DNA of 63,914 bases, filler included, from Octopus bimaculoides (lineage: Eukaryota), in NCBI RefSeq assembly GCF_001194135.2. It is 5 parts of 4 records of this genome, joined end to end, with 100 filler letters (N's around TTAATTAATTAA, not from the genome) between each part and the next. Parts side by side here need not be neighbours in the genome. Positions count along the whole stretch, not along the records: positions 29,982 to 47,678 come from NC_068985.1; positions 47,779 to 58,664 come from NC_068987.1; 3 more parts are not named here. One strand, given 5' to 3'. This document shows positions 37,141 to 49,624 of this stretch, piece by piece; positions within the stretch are counted from its first letter, which is position 1, and each line of letters opens with the position of its first letter. Below the pieces are notes generated by a model. It was not told where the DNA came from, ran no database searches, and saw nothing but the letters and a program-made list of their open reading frames with translations. Both the position numbers and the translations under genes were made by a program.

Positions 37141-38944
37141 AAAAATGTCTTATGGTGATTCATACTAACTGTTTTTCCATTTAATAACATGCACTTGAAC
37201 AGCCAACGACTGCCACTATATACTAAAATAAAATAATAATTTAAAGCTATATATGGTTTTCAAATATTATACCTTCAACGTGTTCATGTTGCAAATAACT
37301 CTCATCTGTTGATTCAAGAATTCAATTTCAGCCTCTACTGGTTGCATTACTCCTGTAAGCAAAAGGTGTCAATAATAACAGATCACTGATATAGGCTTAA
37401 ATGAAAAGTAAACCATGAAGTGTTGGTATGTCAGATGCAGCATCTTAAAAACTGAATGGCATTTAAAGAAACTGAAAAAAACCAAAAGGAAGTGTAATAG
37501 ATTTGTAGAAAGAGCAACAGTTTATATGTTGAAAAGGCTATAGTTCTTAAGTTAGGTCTCACCAATCACCAAGTGTAATGGTTGTTAGGTCACTAAGAAT
37601 GCAATGGCTGCATTGGTTATCTTTGAAATCCTTAAAATAAATGGTTGAAGAAAATAATAGTTGAAACAGCCTTTATTTTATCATTACAATACAAAAATAA
37701 CTGCTTTGAGTTGTTGCTGCATAAATATTTGTAGAAGTACCATTGTCCATTTCATGGGTAACTGTTTTCACCTGCTTGGAAATGGAAGGAAGAAGGAGAA
37801 AGAAAGAGTAGGGCAGTTTATCTCACTGGGTTGATGAATAGATGGGGTGAAAGTTGTATGGTCCCTCATTAACATACCATAAATAAATCTGGACAAGGTT
37901 TTGATTCCTGGCTAAGAATCCAGGAAATAATTCACTTCAGATGTGGAGTAATGAAATGAAGATATTCTCAAAAATTTATCTTGAGTATGCATACAATCAA
38001 ATACTTATCATGAAGAAGATGAGGATGAGGATGGTGACGACGACGATGACGATGATGAATAGCAATTTCTGTAACCTGATCTGTTTCGATGAAGATAGTC
38101 ATTTTAAGTTCAAAAGCAGTCTGTGCATTTGTTATCTTTTAATGATGTTTAGTTCTTTCTCTGAGTACCAGTGTTCATCATATTTCAGGTCATTGTGTTT
38201 CATATTTCTCACATCAATTTGGTCCCCAGTGTAAGTGAAAGGAAGTAAGAAATGTATAGAGTTGATATGTTGTGAATGATAAAAGAAATAGGGAAAAGTC
38301 TTTTTAATATATAGAAATATATTTGTCAAGTTTACAAAAATTATACTGAGTTACTAGCTAGCCATTGAGAAGTGTCCTGATAAAATGTTGACAGAGATGT
38401 AGTTATAAAAGTCTTTTTTGTAAGTAAAATTACTTAGTAAAATCATGGTTGTGATTAGCCATGTATTTAGAATACAATGCTATTAGTTATTTGAATTGGT
38501 TGATTGCAGCAAACATCTTTCAGTCCATGACCACAAAACAGTTCCTAATTCTTCTATGCTGTACAATATCAAACATGCCCCCTACTGAGAGAAGGAAGAG
38601 TAAGTACGTGGATTTCAACCAAAAGCCAAGTTAACTATGAACACCAGTTGATGGCAACTGGAATGACTGACCTATATAGATGAGAAAAAAGAATTATATT
38701 TAAAACCCTGAAACCTATATATTCTGGCCACTACCTTCATTTCAAAATGCAGTAGAACTGTGTCAGTGAACTGGCTGCAGATAGTGCAATGAAAATTTTG
38801 ATGCCAAAAGCCAATGATTCGGTGAAGTTAAAAGTCTTTGTGTACTTCTGAATGGTTAATATGTGTTTTCCATGCTGTAACTGTTTTATTTCAGCTCACA
38901 GTATCAGATCAAACACTTGTCAGACAAGTACATCTTTTTATTCT

Positions 38945-39120
38945 TTTTTTCTTTTATTTGTTTCAGTCATTTGACTGCAGCCCTGCTGGAGCACCACTTT
39001 TAGTCGAGCAAATCAACCCCAGGACTTATTCTTTGTACTGTTAAGTTACGGGGATGCAAACACACCAGCATTGGTTGTCAAGCGATGTAGTGGGGGGATA
39101 AACACAGACACACAAACACA
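38945..39120 (-). mobile_element. SINE-like repeat (tttcagtcatttgactgc..gctggagcacc family)
   Basis: The same family occurs at 29107-29165, 45745-45950, 52375-52580 (opposite strand) and, degenerate, at 63215-63340. Confidence 0.75.
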
Positions 39121-39165
39121 CACACACACACATATGCATATATATATATATATACNNNNNNNNNN

Positions 39166-39258
39166 CAGGCTTCTTTCAGTTTCCATCTACCAAATCCACT
39201 CACAAGGCTTTGGTTGGCCTGAGGCTATAGAAGAAGACACTTGCCCAAGGTGCCACAC
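39166..39258 (-). mobile_element. CORE-type SINE fragment
   Basis: cagtttccatctaccaaatccactcacaaggctttggt..gaagacacttgcccaaggtgccac (reverse complement of CORE-like ggcaccttgggcaagtgtct). Confidence 0.8.
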
Positions 39259-40414
39259 AAAAATATGCATGGAAAGTTATACATAAATTGTAGTGAAACT
39301 GCATATATGATGTGATTTTTATATTTTCAAACTAAACACCACATCTTAAAAGGCACAACATGATCAAAGAGTCAGCAACAACTACCCACCAAACGTATGC
39401 TAACATAATGGAAGCATGCTAAGAATCCCTATAGTATAAAGATGAAGTGTGGAAATTGTTGAAATGTGGAATGCCAAAACAGACATATTGACATACTGTT
39501 ACAAAAACCTTCTTGCAAAGAACAGATGTTTAGTAAATGGAAGCTGAATTTCCAACTAGGAATTGAAACATTAGTCTAAATGTTTTTTGTATGATTCTTC
39601 CCATTGTTCTCAGAATTCGTGCTCAGAATTTATGAGTGTCAGCTATCAACTTCCTCAATATCTTAGATGAAACTCTGCTCAACTGAGATAAATCCATTCA
39701 CTTGCATTGTTTTACTAACATAGTTTTAACTTTAGAACAGCTATAAATTCAAGTTCTCTCTGAGTTTTTCAGACAGTTCCTTCTTCACTCTTCAACAGTC
39801 TACTTCTGTCACTTTCTAGCACTTTCATTGAGATACAAACCAACTTTTCATATGTGCAAACCTTACCATTATTATCATCATCTTTCTACATGAAAACAGC
39901 TGGTTGCCACAAGTCTTTATGTATTATACATTGAACACAATGTAGAAGTGAAAAATCAATTGTGACAGTTGAATAAAATCTGTGATAAGTATTTTTCTTT
40001 TGTCAGTTTATGTTGGTACGTATCTTATTGTCACACACAGGCTCCACTAAATCTCTTACTGATACCAATCATACATACAGCTGTTACAGATGCTTACAAA
40101 GTTCTGATTATGTAATAATATTTAACAAAACTGTAATCAGCAAAAGTAACTGAAAAAGAGAAAATGCATGTTTCAAATCTTTTCAATTTTTGTACCCAAG
40201 CATAATGTGCATCACGCTTTTGGAAGATAGAAAAGTGGACTTCCGGTAATGCAGTAACCGGGCAAATTTAGCATCAGCATGCCTACACATATATGCCCTA
40301 ATGACTTTCTTACCTCATAACTTTCAGAAAAATGGATATTTTTTAATGAAATTTTCTACAGATATGCTCCAGATGGTGTGAACTCTGATTATATTGGAAT
40401 TTGCAGTTAAATAA

Positions 40415-41797
40415 CAACAACACAACCTTTATGTTTGACTCTCACAGCTGCCACATCTTGGCAATCTCAGTTTTCAGGTCTCCATGTTTGTTGACCTTTC
40501 CTATTTCTTTCATGACAATATGTTAATCTTCTGGCACTACCACATCAATTATTAGGCACTCTTGCTTGTCCTCTTTGGAAATCAAAGTCCTAGAGGATAT
40601 TTGTCTTCCTATTTTAGTACATTACCTTTTCCAGCGTATGGTGGTACAAAGCACCTGTTACCTCATATCCATACCTTCATAGTCAGTGTAAGTTTAGAGC
40701 TACCGTGTCATGTCTGTGCTTGTACTCTTTCTGTGCAAAGACTTTCACAAGCACTTCCAATGTGAGTCATACTTTTGACCTTCTTCCCTTCTTCCCACAC
40801 ATCCTGCAGAAGTTTGTTGCACTTGTGTGGTATATATCCCTTTTCACTGATTTGGTATTCAATGCCTGGTCCTGAGCAGTGATGATCAAGCTTTCAGTCC
40901 TCTTTTCAAGGTCACCTGCACTGAACCACATCCATGATGCTTCTTAGTCTTTTAAGTTGGTGGCAGTTACAAAGTTCCTTGCACCGAGTTTTGACTTCAA
41001 AAGAAGTTTGAGGTACTTCAAATATGCAAGGTGATCTTGTCAGAACTTTCATCAACAATGTTGTCTTTCCATCTACCATCCATTCCAGAACCTCACCATT
41101 CTGTAGACAATCATCTAATTGCAGACCAATTCATTTGCATGTTGAATTCAACCACTTGAGCCAGTAGCCTTGGATTTCATCTGGCCCTGCTGCTCTCCAG
41201 TTTGACAGTTTTGATACTTGTGCAATTACATCTTTTGATGTTATGGATACATGATCCTGCCTTGGAGCTTCAGGATGTTGGAGTTCAGATTTCATGGAAT
41301 GAATCCATTCAGCACTGTGGTTGTGGGAAAGATCTTGCCCCCAGATGTTATTCCAAGATTGGTGGGTTTCCTCTGCTTTAGGGGGTATATTATCTTCTAT
41401 GTCTCCACCCAAGTTCTTAAAAAAACTGCCTCTGGTTATTTGTGAATTGTCTGTTTTGATGGAAATGCAATATGCATTCAATGTAGCATTGCACCTTCAA
41501 TGTTTTTGCCAGAATACATTGTTTTAAGGTTTTGATAACAGTTTCTTTTCTATATGGTATTTTGTTTCAAGATAGGCCTTCTCACCTTCCTTAGTATGTT
41601 TTCATTGCTCTTTGGACTGTTCTTCTATGCAACGCAGATTTTTACACACAGTTTTAATATCACCATTGATTCTCCACCGCCACCATGGCTCCTTCTGTCC
41701 GCTTGATTTCCTCTTTGTTTTTCCAACCAGCTCACCAACTAAAATTGAAGCAGATTTAATCAGGTACCTTGTTTCCAATAGATCTTCCATTGGAATA
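40415..41797 (-). mobile_element. R4/Dong-clade non-LTR retrotransposon (copy A, 3' segment), RT core deleted
   Basis: KEPWWRWRI; LSNWRAAGPDEIQGYWLK; GKTTLLMK then jump to SWMWFSAGDLEKRTESLIITAQDQALNT; CRMCGK..SMTHIGSAC zinc knuckle; EYKHRHD; KTEIAKMWQL. These match R4-clade elements with a restriction-like endonuclease. Confidence 0.85.
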
Positions 41798-42662
41798 TTA
41801 CATAGAAAAATGTGAGCAAGAGAAATGATATTCTTAAGATTATAAACCTGCAAAATTACAGGACAAGTTATTACGCCTGGAAAAATTCAGGACAACTTAT
41901 TACATCTGGTAAAGTACAGAACAAGAAAATTTTTACTTAAAATATTGCAGCTAAGGATAAAATTTCAAATAAAATATTTAGATTTAGAAAATATTAGCTT
42001 TTATTAAAACTAAAAATTTTATTATTCTATTTGTTATTACTTGTTACTTTTATTAAAAATTTAAAATAACTCAATTAGAATATTTTCTGCACTCTAAAGA
42101 AATTCATTTTTTAATTATCAATTAATAATTAGAAATTTGAAAAAGGTTACAAAAAATAATAGTAGTACATAATTAGTTAGTACAATAAATAGAATAATAC
42201 AAAAATTAGTTATGTATTACAGTAAAATCTACCTATAACAACAAATCCACAGTAAAATTTGCTTGAGTTTTTGCCAAGTCTTCACATTTTTAGTCATGAC
42301 CCAATGCCTATTTTTTACATAATGAATTTGCCTACCATATATACTATTCTACTTTGCATAAAACTTTAGCTATATTGGTACTTCTGGTTCACATCTTTTA
42401 AGTATTCTTGTGTGTCAATATTTTAACAATAATGATGGTGCCTTTTTAAATTATGTTACTTTGTAAATTAAAATCAAATAATTTTTAATATTCAAATTTT
42501 ATCCTTAGCTGCAGTATTTTAAGTAAAAATTTTCTTGTTCTGTACTTTACCAGATGTAATAAGTTGTCCTGAATTTTTCCAAGTGTAATAACTTGTCCTG
42601 TAATTTTCCAGGTTTATAATCTAAAGAATATTATTTCTCTTGCTCGCATTTTTCCATGTAAT
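41797..42662. mobile_element. Foldback element with ~170-bp terminal inverted repeats
   Basis: 41797-41967 is the near-exact reverse complement of ~42490-42662; the arms contain ~31-bp sub-repeats (caggacaa.ttattac..tgg). AT-rich spacer, no ORF. Confidence 0.85.
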
Positions 42663-43401
42663 CCATGTTTTTTCCAGGTTATGCTCTTATGCTAATTAAT
42701 AATGTGTCAATTAGCAGTGTCATTGATAATTCTTTCCTTACCTCAATGACACCGGCGACATATATTAAAATACCCCTTATAGAACTTTATTCATAAAAAA
42801 GTCTAGAACTATATTATCACTCTCAAATTTGAGAAACAAACACTCATAACTTTCTTCTTTTAAAACTTCATTGCATCAGATTGATACCATAAAATTCCTT
42901 GAATTGAGTTCCATCATTTAAGCTTAATTAAGATATAGCATGCTTTTAAAATAAAGAAGTTAATTTACTTAAATCTAATTTTTTGCCTCACTTATATTTT
43001 TTTCATGATATTTTACCTCACAACTTTTTTTGATACAAATTTTTGTTGCATGGGAACAAAACTATGAAATTCTTCATGCTTTCTTCTATCATTGAAGCTA
43101 AGATAAATGTATTTTGCTTAAAAAAAAAAAACAACCTTATTTAGATCTAAACTTGGTTGGTGACATTACTTACTCTCCTATAATCCTTCTATGTTGCTAC
43201 AAATTCTGATGTAAACTTTTTTCTACTGGATCAAATCTCAATTTTTTAATGCCAAAGTGTAGCTAGGAACCAGTCCTCTTCAAAAATGTAAACAGTTTTC
43301 AATTTGGTTAAGAAGCGAATTAGTGACAAGCTCTGAAAGATGCTGCATGTGAGTAAATTGTGGCCTTAAGAATATTATTCAGCTACTGCCGTAGTTGAAT
43401 G

Positions 43402-43665
43402 ATACTTCAGGATTCCATCAACCTTTTGTATTGTTTGTTTCACAATATCCCACTTGAAGCATCTCAGATTCATCAGGTCAGTCTCTGTTCTTGTAATGAT
43501 TATTTCTTTGAGTCTTATCATTTGGTCCCCCTGTTCCTTAGCCATATCTTCTGGTAATACAGAGTCCACTACAGTATACTGACTACTTTCCATACCTCCA
43601 TGCAAGTCCCTCACCTCTACTACACCTTCAGCTTGCATATCCATCTGTGACTCACACCTACATTA
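43402..43665 (-). mobile_element. R4/Dong copy A, 5' segment
   Basis: IRLKEIII..DLMNLRCFKWDIVKQTIQKVDGILKY joins in frame to IPMEDLLETRYLIKSASILVGELVG at 41796 when 41797-43401 is removed. Confidence 0.65.
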
Positions 43666-43675
43666 TGCTGCTTGA

Positions 43676-44300
43676 GAATTATTATTATCTTTATTTTTCA
43701 TTTGATTTTCATTTTATTTCATCTTCCAGCCAGGTCTCAACCAGACACCTAAGGTACATATATATTAGATGGAAAGAAACTTCCTGAGAAGGTGAGTGGT
43801 TGATGTCAACACAATTTTTTGAACCTTGTAAATTGTTGGATTCCCTGGGATCTGGTCAAAAAATTTATTGGTACCTTTCTTGATCATTCCCAGGGCTTGC
43901 CCTACATCAGCATTTCAACTTTGAAGCATATACTGACCATGCAGAGGCTTCTGGCTCCACTGCTCCCCAATTTGTTTCTGCCCATTCTTTTTTGCAGTCT
44001 GCTTGATCCGTTTTGCTTGTTTTGTGGCAGTGATTTCAGGTTTTTCAACTATTTAAGGGTTGGTGTTAGCAAAAGCATCTGATCATAGAAACAATGCCAA
44101 AAATCGACTTTGCCACAAGTTGAAGTCTTTGGATTTGCTGGATCCTATCAATCCGTCCAGCACATCTATAATGGAATGGAAGGTTTATTATACCTGTGGA
44201 GTATCTCCTTCTCCCATTATAATTATTTTTGTAGTTTCAAGGAGCTGGAACAGGTCACCAATTTGTAACATCCATGCAAAGCGAGGAGATGAGAATGTCT
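43676..44300 (-). mobile_element. R4/Dong-clade copy B: C-terminal fragment with 3' UTR and short (TAA)n tail
   Basis: EQWSQKPLHGQY, then deletion to MIKKGTNKFFDQIPGNPTIYKVQKIVLTSTTHLLRKFLSI*; UTR ending in taataataa at ~43678-43691. The 5' boundary is approximate. Confidence 0.8.
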
Positions 44301-45094
44301 CCTTAGTACATCACACAGTCGATACAATAAATATAAATAGAACAATGCATATATGTGCCAGAGGGAGAAAAGTGACACAACCAGGTAGAATGTTTAAGAG
44401 AAGATTTATTGATATGTTAATATGTGTGATTGTGTGTGCGTCATATATACAGAATAATAGACAGGCCGTCATAAGAATAAGATGTATGCATGTGTACGTA
44501 GGCATAGATGTATGCGTGTTAAGAACATATAAAGATAGCGATGAAGAAGAGACAGTGAAAGAGTCTATAGCCATCAAAGTAAGTTCATAGACACAAGAAT
44601 GATAAATACCAGTTCGTAGTCAATTGTACACGATAGTTGAAATACTGTATAAAGAAGCTGTGGCGATGATGCAGAGCCAGTCATGGTACATGTCATATGT
44701 GAAGTTGTGGCTGTGATGCTGCTGCCTGGGTCACTTGGTACAGGAGTTCTTGCAGGTTGTATATTCGCTGTTGATCCATGGTGAAGTAATTCACGAACAG
44801 TGCAGTGTTGTAACCAGGGCAAGTTGCTTGTTGAGTTGTGTACTTAGAGAGATGTTGATGTTAGAACGATAGTGGCGACAAAGATGGAGGTTGCTGAATG
44901 CTGTTGGATGAAGTTGGTGAGTCTTAACGTGGCTGCTATTGTGTTGTCACCGGAACTGGCTGTGTCTTGTGTGGTCAGTGGCTAGACCTTAAACGGTTTG
45001 GAAAGAATTTCTTTATTAATCTATACAGGTACACATAGAAGGGACAGACAAAGGACAGACATTACATTCTTACACAATGAGTTTTTAAAATACG

Positions 45095-45500
45095 GATGCA
45101 TACCTTCCTACATTGGACACTAAACTCCGCTTGCGAAGACCTGTTGAGGCAAGTGAAATCGAACTAAATTCAATGGCTGGTACCCATGCCAACGTCGTCT
45201 CCTTCATTGGACATGAAACTTGCCTGTTGAGGCAAGCGAAAGCGAAATCTTGATGGCACCTATGCCCTGGCACGTGCAAAGACATTCGAGTGAGATCGTT
45301 GCCAGTGCTGCTGGACTGGCTCCTGTGCAGGTGGCACGTAAAAGACAGCATTTCGAGCGTGGCCATTGCCAGTACCGCCTCACTGGCCTTTGTGCCGGTG
45401 GCACGTAAAAGCACCCACTACACTCTCGGAGTGGTTGGCGTTAGAAAGGGTATCCAGCTTTGGAAACTCTGCCAAATCAGATTGGAGCCTGGTGTAGCAA
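45095..45500 (+). mobile_element. RTE 3' UTR fragment with internal tandem sub-repeats
   Basis: Paired sub-repeats (cctgttgaggcaag x2; gtgc.ggtggcacgtaaaa x2) leading to the gagtggttggcgttag tail shared with 36960-37140. Confidence 0.75.
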
Positions 45501-45744
45501 TTAGTGCACTATGATGGGCAAACAGCTGGAAATAATGTATGGTCAAGAGGACCCTTTGGTCTTGTAAAGTGTATGACAACCTTAGTGCTGGTGTTATGAT
45601 AGAATGTATCCAGTACACTCTGTAAAGTGTTAGATTGTTAGGGTTCTCTAGTCTTAAGACATAACAACCTCTATGATACTGATGCCATAGAAACATGTAC
45701 CCAGTATACTCTTTAAAGTATTAAGAAGGACATCCATCTTTTGT

Positions 45745-45950
45745 TTGTTACTTGTTTCAGTCATTGGATTGTGGCCATGCAGGGGCATCACCAAGAAGAA
45801 TTTTTGTTGAATAAATTGACCCCAGTACTTATTTTTAAAGCCTGGCACTTTTTCTATTGGTCTCTTTTGCTGAACCACTAGGTTGTGGGGACATAAACAA
45901 ATCAATACCAGTTGTCAAGTGGTAGTGGGACACAAACAAAAAGACACACA
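45745..45950 (-). mobile_element. SINE-like repeat, same family as 38945-39120
   Basis: ttacttgtttcagtcattggattgtggccatgc..gacccc agtactta..tctcttttgctgaacc. Confidence 0.75.
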
Positions 45951-45974
45951 CACACACACTCACACATATAGATG

Positions 45975-46130
45975 GTAGGTTTCTTTCAGTTTCTGTCTAC
46001 CAGATTCACTCATAAGGCATTGGTCAGTTCAAAGCTCTAATGGAAGATACTTGCCCAAGGTGCCATGCATTAGGACTGAAGTCAAAACCATGTATTTGAG
46101 AAGCAATTTTCTTACCACACAGCCACACAT
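45975..46130 (-). mobile_element. CORE-type SINE
   Basis: tttctttcagtttctgtctacc..gaagatacttgcccaaggtgcc..cttaccacacagcc. Confidence 0.8.
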
Positions 46131-46701
46131 GCACCTATTTGCTAAGTTTGCAAATATGAATTTGTATGACATGAGAAGACAAAACTCTGGATGCATCAAA
46201 TAAAGCCAAGGTGAACTGACAGGATTTTCATCTCACTACATCATACAGACTTATCCAATATTTAGCTGATGTCTGTTTCACTACTTTTTTTTCTTATGCT
46301 AACCCTAACAGTAATGTTGTGATGGATTTTTTCCAGTTGAAATTTAGTTTACGCAATTTGTGTAATGAGAATTCAGTAAATATTTTAATTAAAATACGAA
46401 CACTTTGAAACAGGTAGCTTCAAATGGGTTAGTAAATGGGTCAAACAGATGACTATCAGAAGGGTTAATTATATAAACAAGATTGGCTCTCTGCTACTAA
46501 TTTTTTTGTTCTAATTTTTGAATCCGGCATATCACGCTTTTTATGTTATTGCAACATCTAAGATGGATATCTTTTTTAATTGGAAGATTTGGCTGTAACA
46601 ATAGCAGATTAAGAGGTGATGATGTAAATGTCTCCCTGTTGGATTTTGTTGATCTCTTGATTAACTCTTGAAATATACAGCAACTACAGTACTAATGATA
46701 G

Positions 46702-47117
46702 TGTAGTAACGCCGTGCGCATGCATAGTCTCACGCATGCGTGGAATTAAACAAGCAAGCTTTCCCGCTTTAATCTTTCTCCTTCTTGCTGGCCAGCAATA
46801 GAGCATGGACGTGTCAAGCAGTGTCTCTGACATTCCAACCTGGAGACAGTCTCTTTACGTGTTTAGCTGTCTCTCTTCATCTTTCGGACTTACACTCAAC
46901 AGCTCGCTTACATCTACATAACAACGTCCACACACACACACACACTATACTCACACACATAGAAGCTGTAACAACAAGAGCTAAAGATGTATATATTTAC
47001 CACCTGAATAAAATGTTGTTTAAGTTGATAGTCTGGAGTTCAGCGTTCCGTTATATTTCTAATTTTATATAGGAAAGTCAGGTATACATCTAATGATGAA
47101 TAACCAACTTTCCTATA
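46702..47117 (+). mobile_element. LTR-like segment directly upstream of a primer-binding site
   Basis: Starts TGTAGTAAC, contains AATAAA at ~47007, is CpG-rich relative to its left flank, and is followed within 2 nt by a tRNA-Trp PBS. No TSD or second LTR found. Confidence 0.5.
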
Positions 47118-47118
47118 C

Positions 47119-47150
47119 TGGTGACCCTGACGTGATTCGAACACGCAGCC
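47119..47150 (+). other. Extended primer-binding site complementary to the 3' 32 nt of tRNA-Trp including CCA
   Basis: TGGTGACCCTGACGTGATTCGAACACGCAGCC versus reverse complement of metazoan tRNA-Trp (from memory) TGGTGACCCCGACGTGATTCGAACACGCAGCC: 31/32, the single mismatch being a CpG transition. Confidence 0.8.
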
Positions 47151-47778
47151 CGCTGAGCTGCAATAACCCACTTTCTTATAAAGTGGTGATTCGACGAAGA
47201 AACAAACGCAGCATGGACTCTGGACTACCAACTTATAACTGGTGAACCCGACTAAAGAACAAATGCGGCCATGGAGACTGAACTACGTATTACCAACATC
47301 AACGAGCGCGTTTTTTATTCTCGCCTCTGTTAGAGTGGATGTTTCCACTCACAATAAACAGACAAGAATTACAGCCTGCAATATTTCCTATTGTGTACTC
47401 AAAGAACTTGGTATAAAACTCTCACGTGTTCTGACTTTTTTTCTGCTGTGATATCTCACATACATATAGACGGCCTGTTTTTTATTATGTTCTTATATGT
47501 CGCATTCACACTCTCACATACACATACATCTTTTATGCCACACAATAACTCTTGTTATTCATTTCATACGGTTGTCTTTTTTATTGTCTCATTACTGGTA
47601 TTTACGAAATCTATGTTACCGTAGTATAACATAATTACTTGTATATCATCTTTGATATATATTTTGGTGTTCGACCGTNNNNNNNNNNNNNNNNNNNNNN
47701 NNNNNNNNNNNNNNNNNNNNNNTTAATTAATTAANNNNNNNNNNNNNNNNNNNNNNNNNNNNNNNNNNNNNNNNNNNN

Positions 47779-47809
<31 letters not shown>

Positions 47810-48088
47810 CCACACAGACGCCCATGTACGTACACATATACACACATACACATATAAATGTATACATATATAAAGGAGTATCTTGGGGGTTTTGGTATAC
47901 ATTATATATAAAGTATAAATATTTAATTTTCTAAAGTCAATTAATGATTCACCAATTTGCTACTCAGTATTTCACAACATGTGCGCTCAATCAAACAAAT
48001 GATTCATAATATCTGAAAGGTACCCATGCTATTTTTTGTGTGCGTGTACGTATAAGTATGTGTTCGTGTGTGGACGCATGTATGTGTG

Positions 48089-48126
<38 letters not shown>

Positions 48127-49023
48127 CACCCACACACAATCACACCCACACACACGCACAGACACACTGAATCACACACACATACACACACACACACACA
48201 CAATCTTATATATATTAACACAAAGACACTTGTGCGCAGTTCGGGAGTGACTTAAATTTAATATTAATAATTGAAATTTTATGGAAATGATATTAATATT
48301 TACATTTACCTACACATATTTACATGTTTGCAAATAATTACACATGCACATATGTAAACATATGTATATATATATACATATAAATATGTATATATATACA
48401 TACAAATATACATATATGCATATATATCCACATAAATATACATATATATATATANNNNNNNNNNNNNNNNNNNNNNNNNNNNNNNNNNNNNNNNNNNNNN
48501 NNNNNNNNNNNNNNNNNNNNNNNNNNNNNNNNNNNNNNNNNNNNNNNNNNNNNNNNNNNNNNNNNNNNNNNNNNNNNNNNNNNNNNNNNNNNNNNNNNNN
48601 NNNNNNNNNNNNNNNNNNNNNNNNNNNNNNNNNNNNNNNNNNNNNNNNNNNNNNNNNNNNNNNNNNNNNNNNNNNNNNNNNNNNNNNNNNNNNNNNNNNN
48701 NNNNNNNNNNNNNNNNNNNNNNNNNNNNNNNNNNNNNNNNNNNNNNNNNNNNNNNNNNNNNNNNNNNNNNNNNNNNNNNNNNNNNNNNNNNNNNNNNNNN
48801 NNNNNNNNNNNNNNNNNNNNNNNNNNNNNNNNNNNNNNNNNNNNNNNNNNNNNNNNNNNNNNNNNNNNNNNNNNNNNNNNNNNNNNNNNNNNNNNNNNNN
48901 NNNNNNNNNNNNNNNNNNNNNNNNNNNNNNNNNNNNNNNNNNNNNNNNNNNNNNNNNNNNNNNNNNNNNNNNNNNNNNNNNNNNNNNNNNNNNNNNNNNN
49001 NNNNNNNNNNNNNNNNNNNNNNN

Positions 49024-49075
<52 letters not shown>

Positions 49076-49624
49076 TATGTATATATATATACATATAAAT
49101 ATGTATATATATACATACAAATATACATATATGCATATATATCCACATAAATATACATATATATATATACATACTTATATATAAATATATATATATAAAT
49201 GTACATATATGAATCCATACATTACATATACACACACACTCACACGCACAGTCACACGCACAGTCACACGCACAGTCACACACACACATACTGATATTGT
49301 ATATAGAGAGTTACCACAGGAAATAATATACAAGAATAATTTCTTACGTGAAACAAGATTATGTATGTGAATTTTGAAACTCATGCAATATATTAATAAT
49401 ATGTTCCTACGAATTCACAAACTGAAGCGCAGTCACGCAATGGCATACACATCGTATACACTGACGTACATAAGCAGAACCACAGAATCACTCCCTCGGG
49501 ATGACACCCTACCGCTGTCACATATGGAAATGTACGTGTGCGAGCACATACACTGGCGCCTGTATTTGCGGAAACGTACATATGGTATACTACATTAGGA
49601 GTACAGGTATATATATATATATAT

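Noticed and set aside
37941-38234. ORF with an acidic or Met/Thr-rich stretch as a host exon
   Set aside because: The signal comes from a (GAT/GAC)n run; the acidic frame is bounded by stops and no domain is recognisable.
39300-40410. Possible degenerate LINE and DNA-transposon fragments
   Set aside because: Only vague resemblance; no diagnostic motif or terminal structure could be verified by eye.
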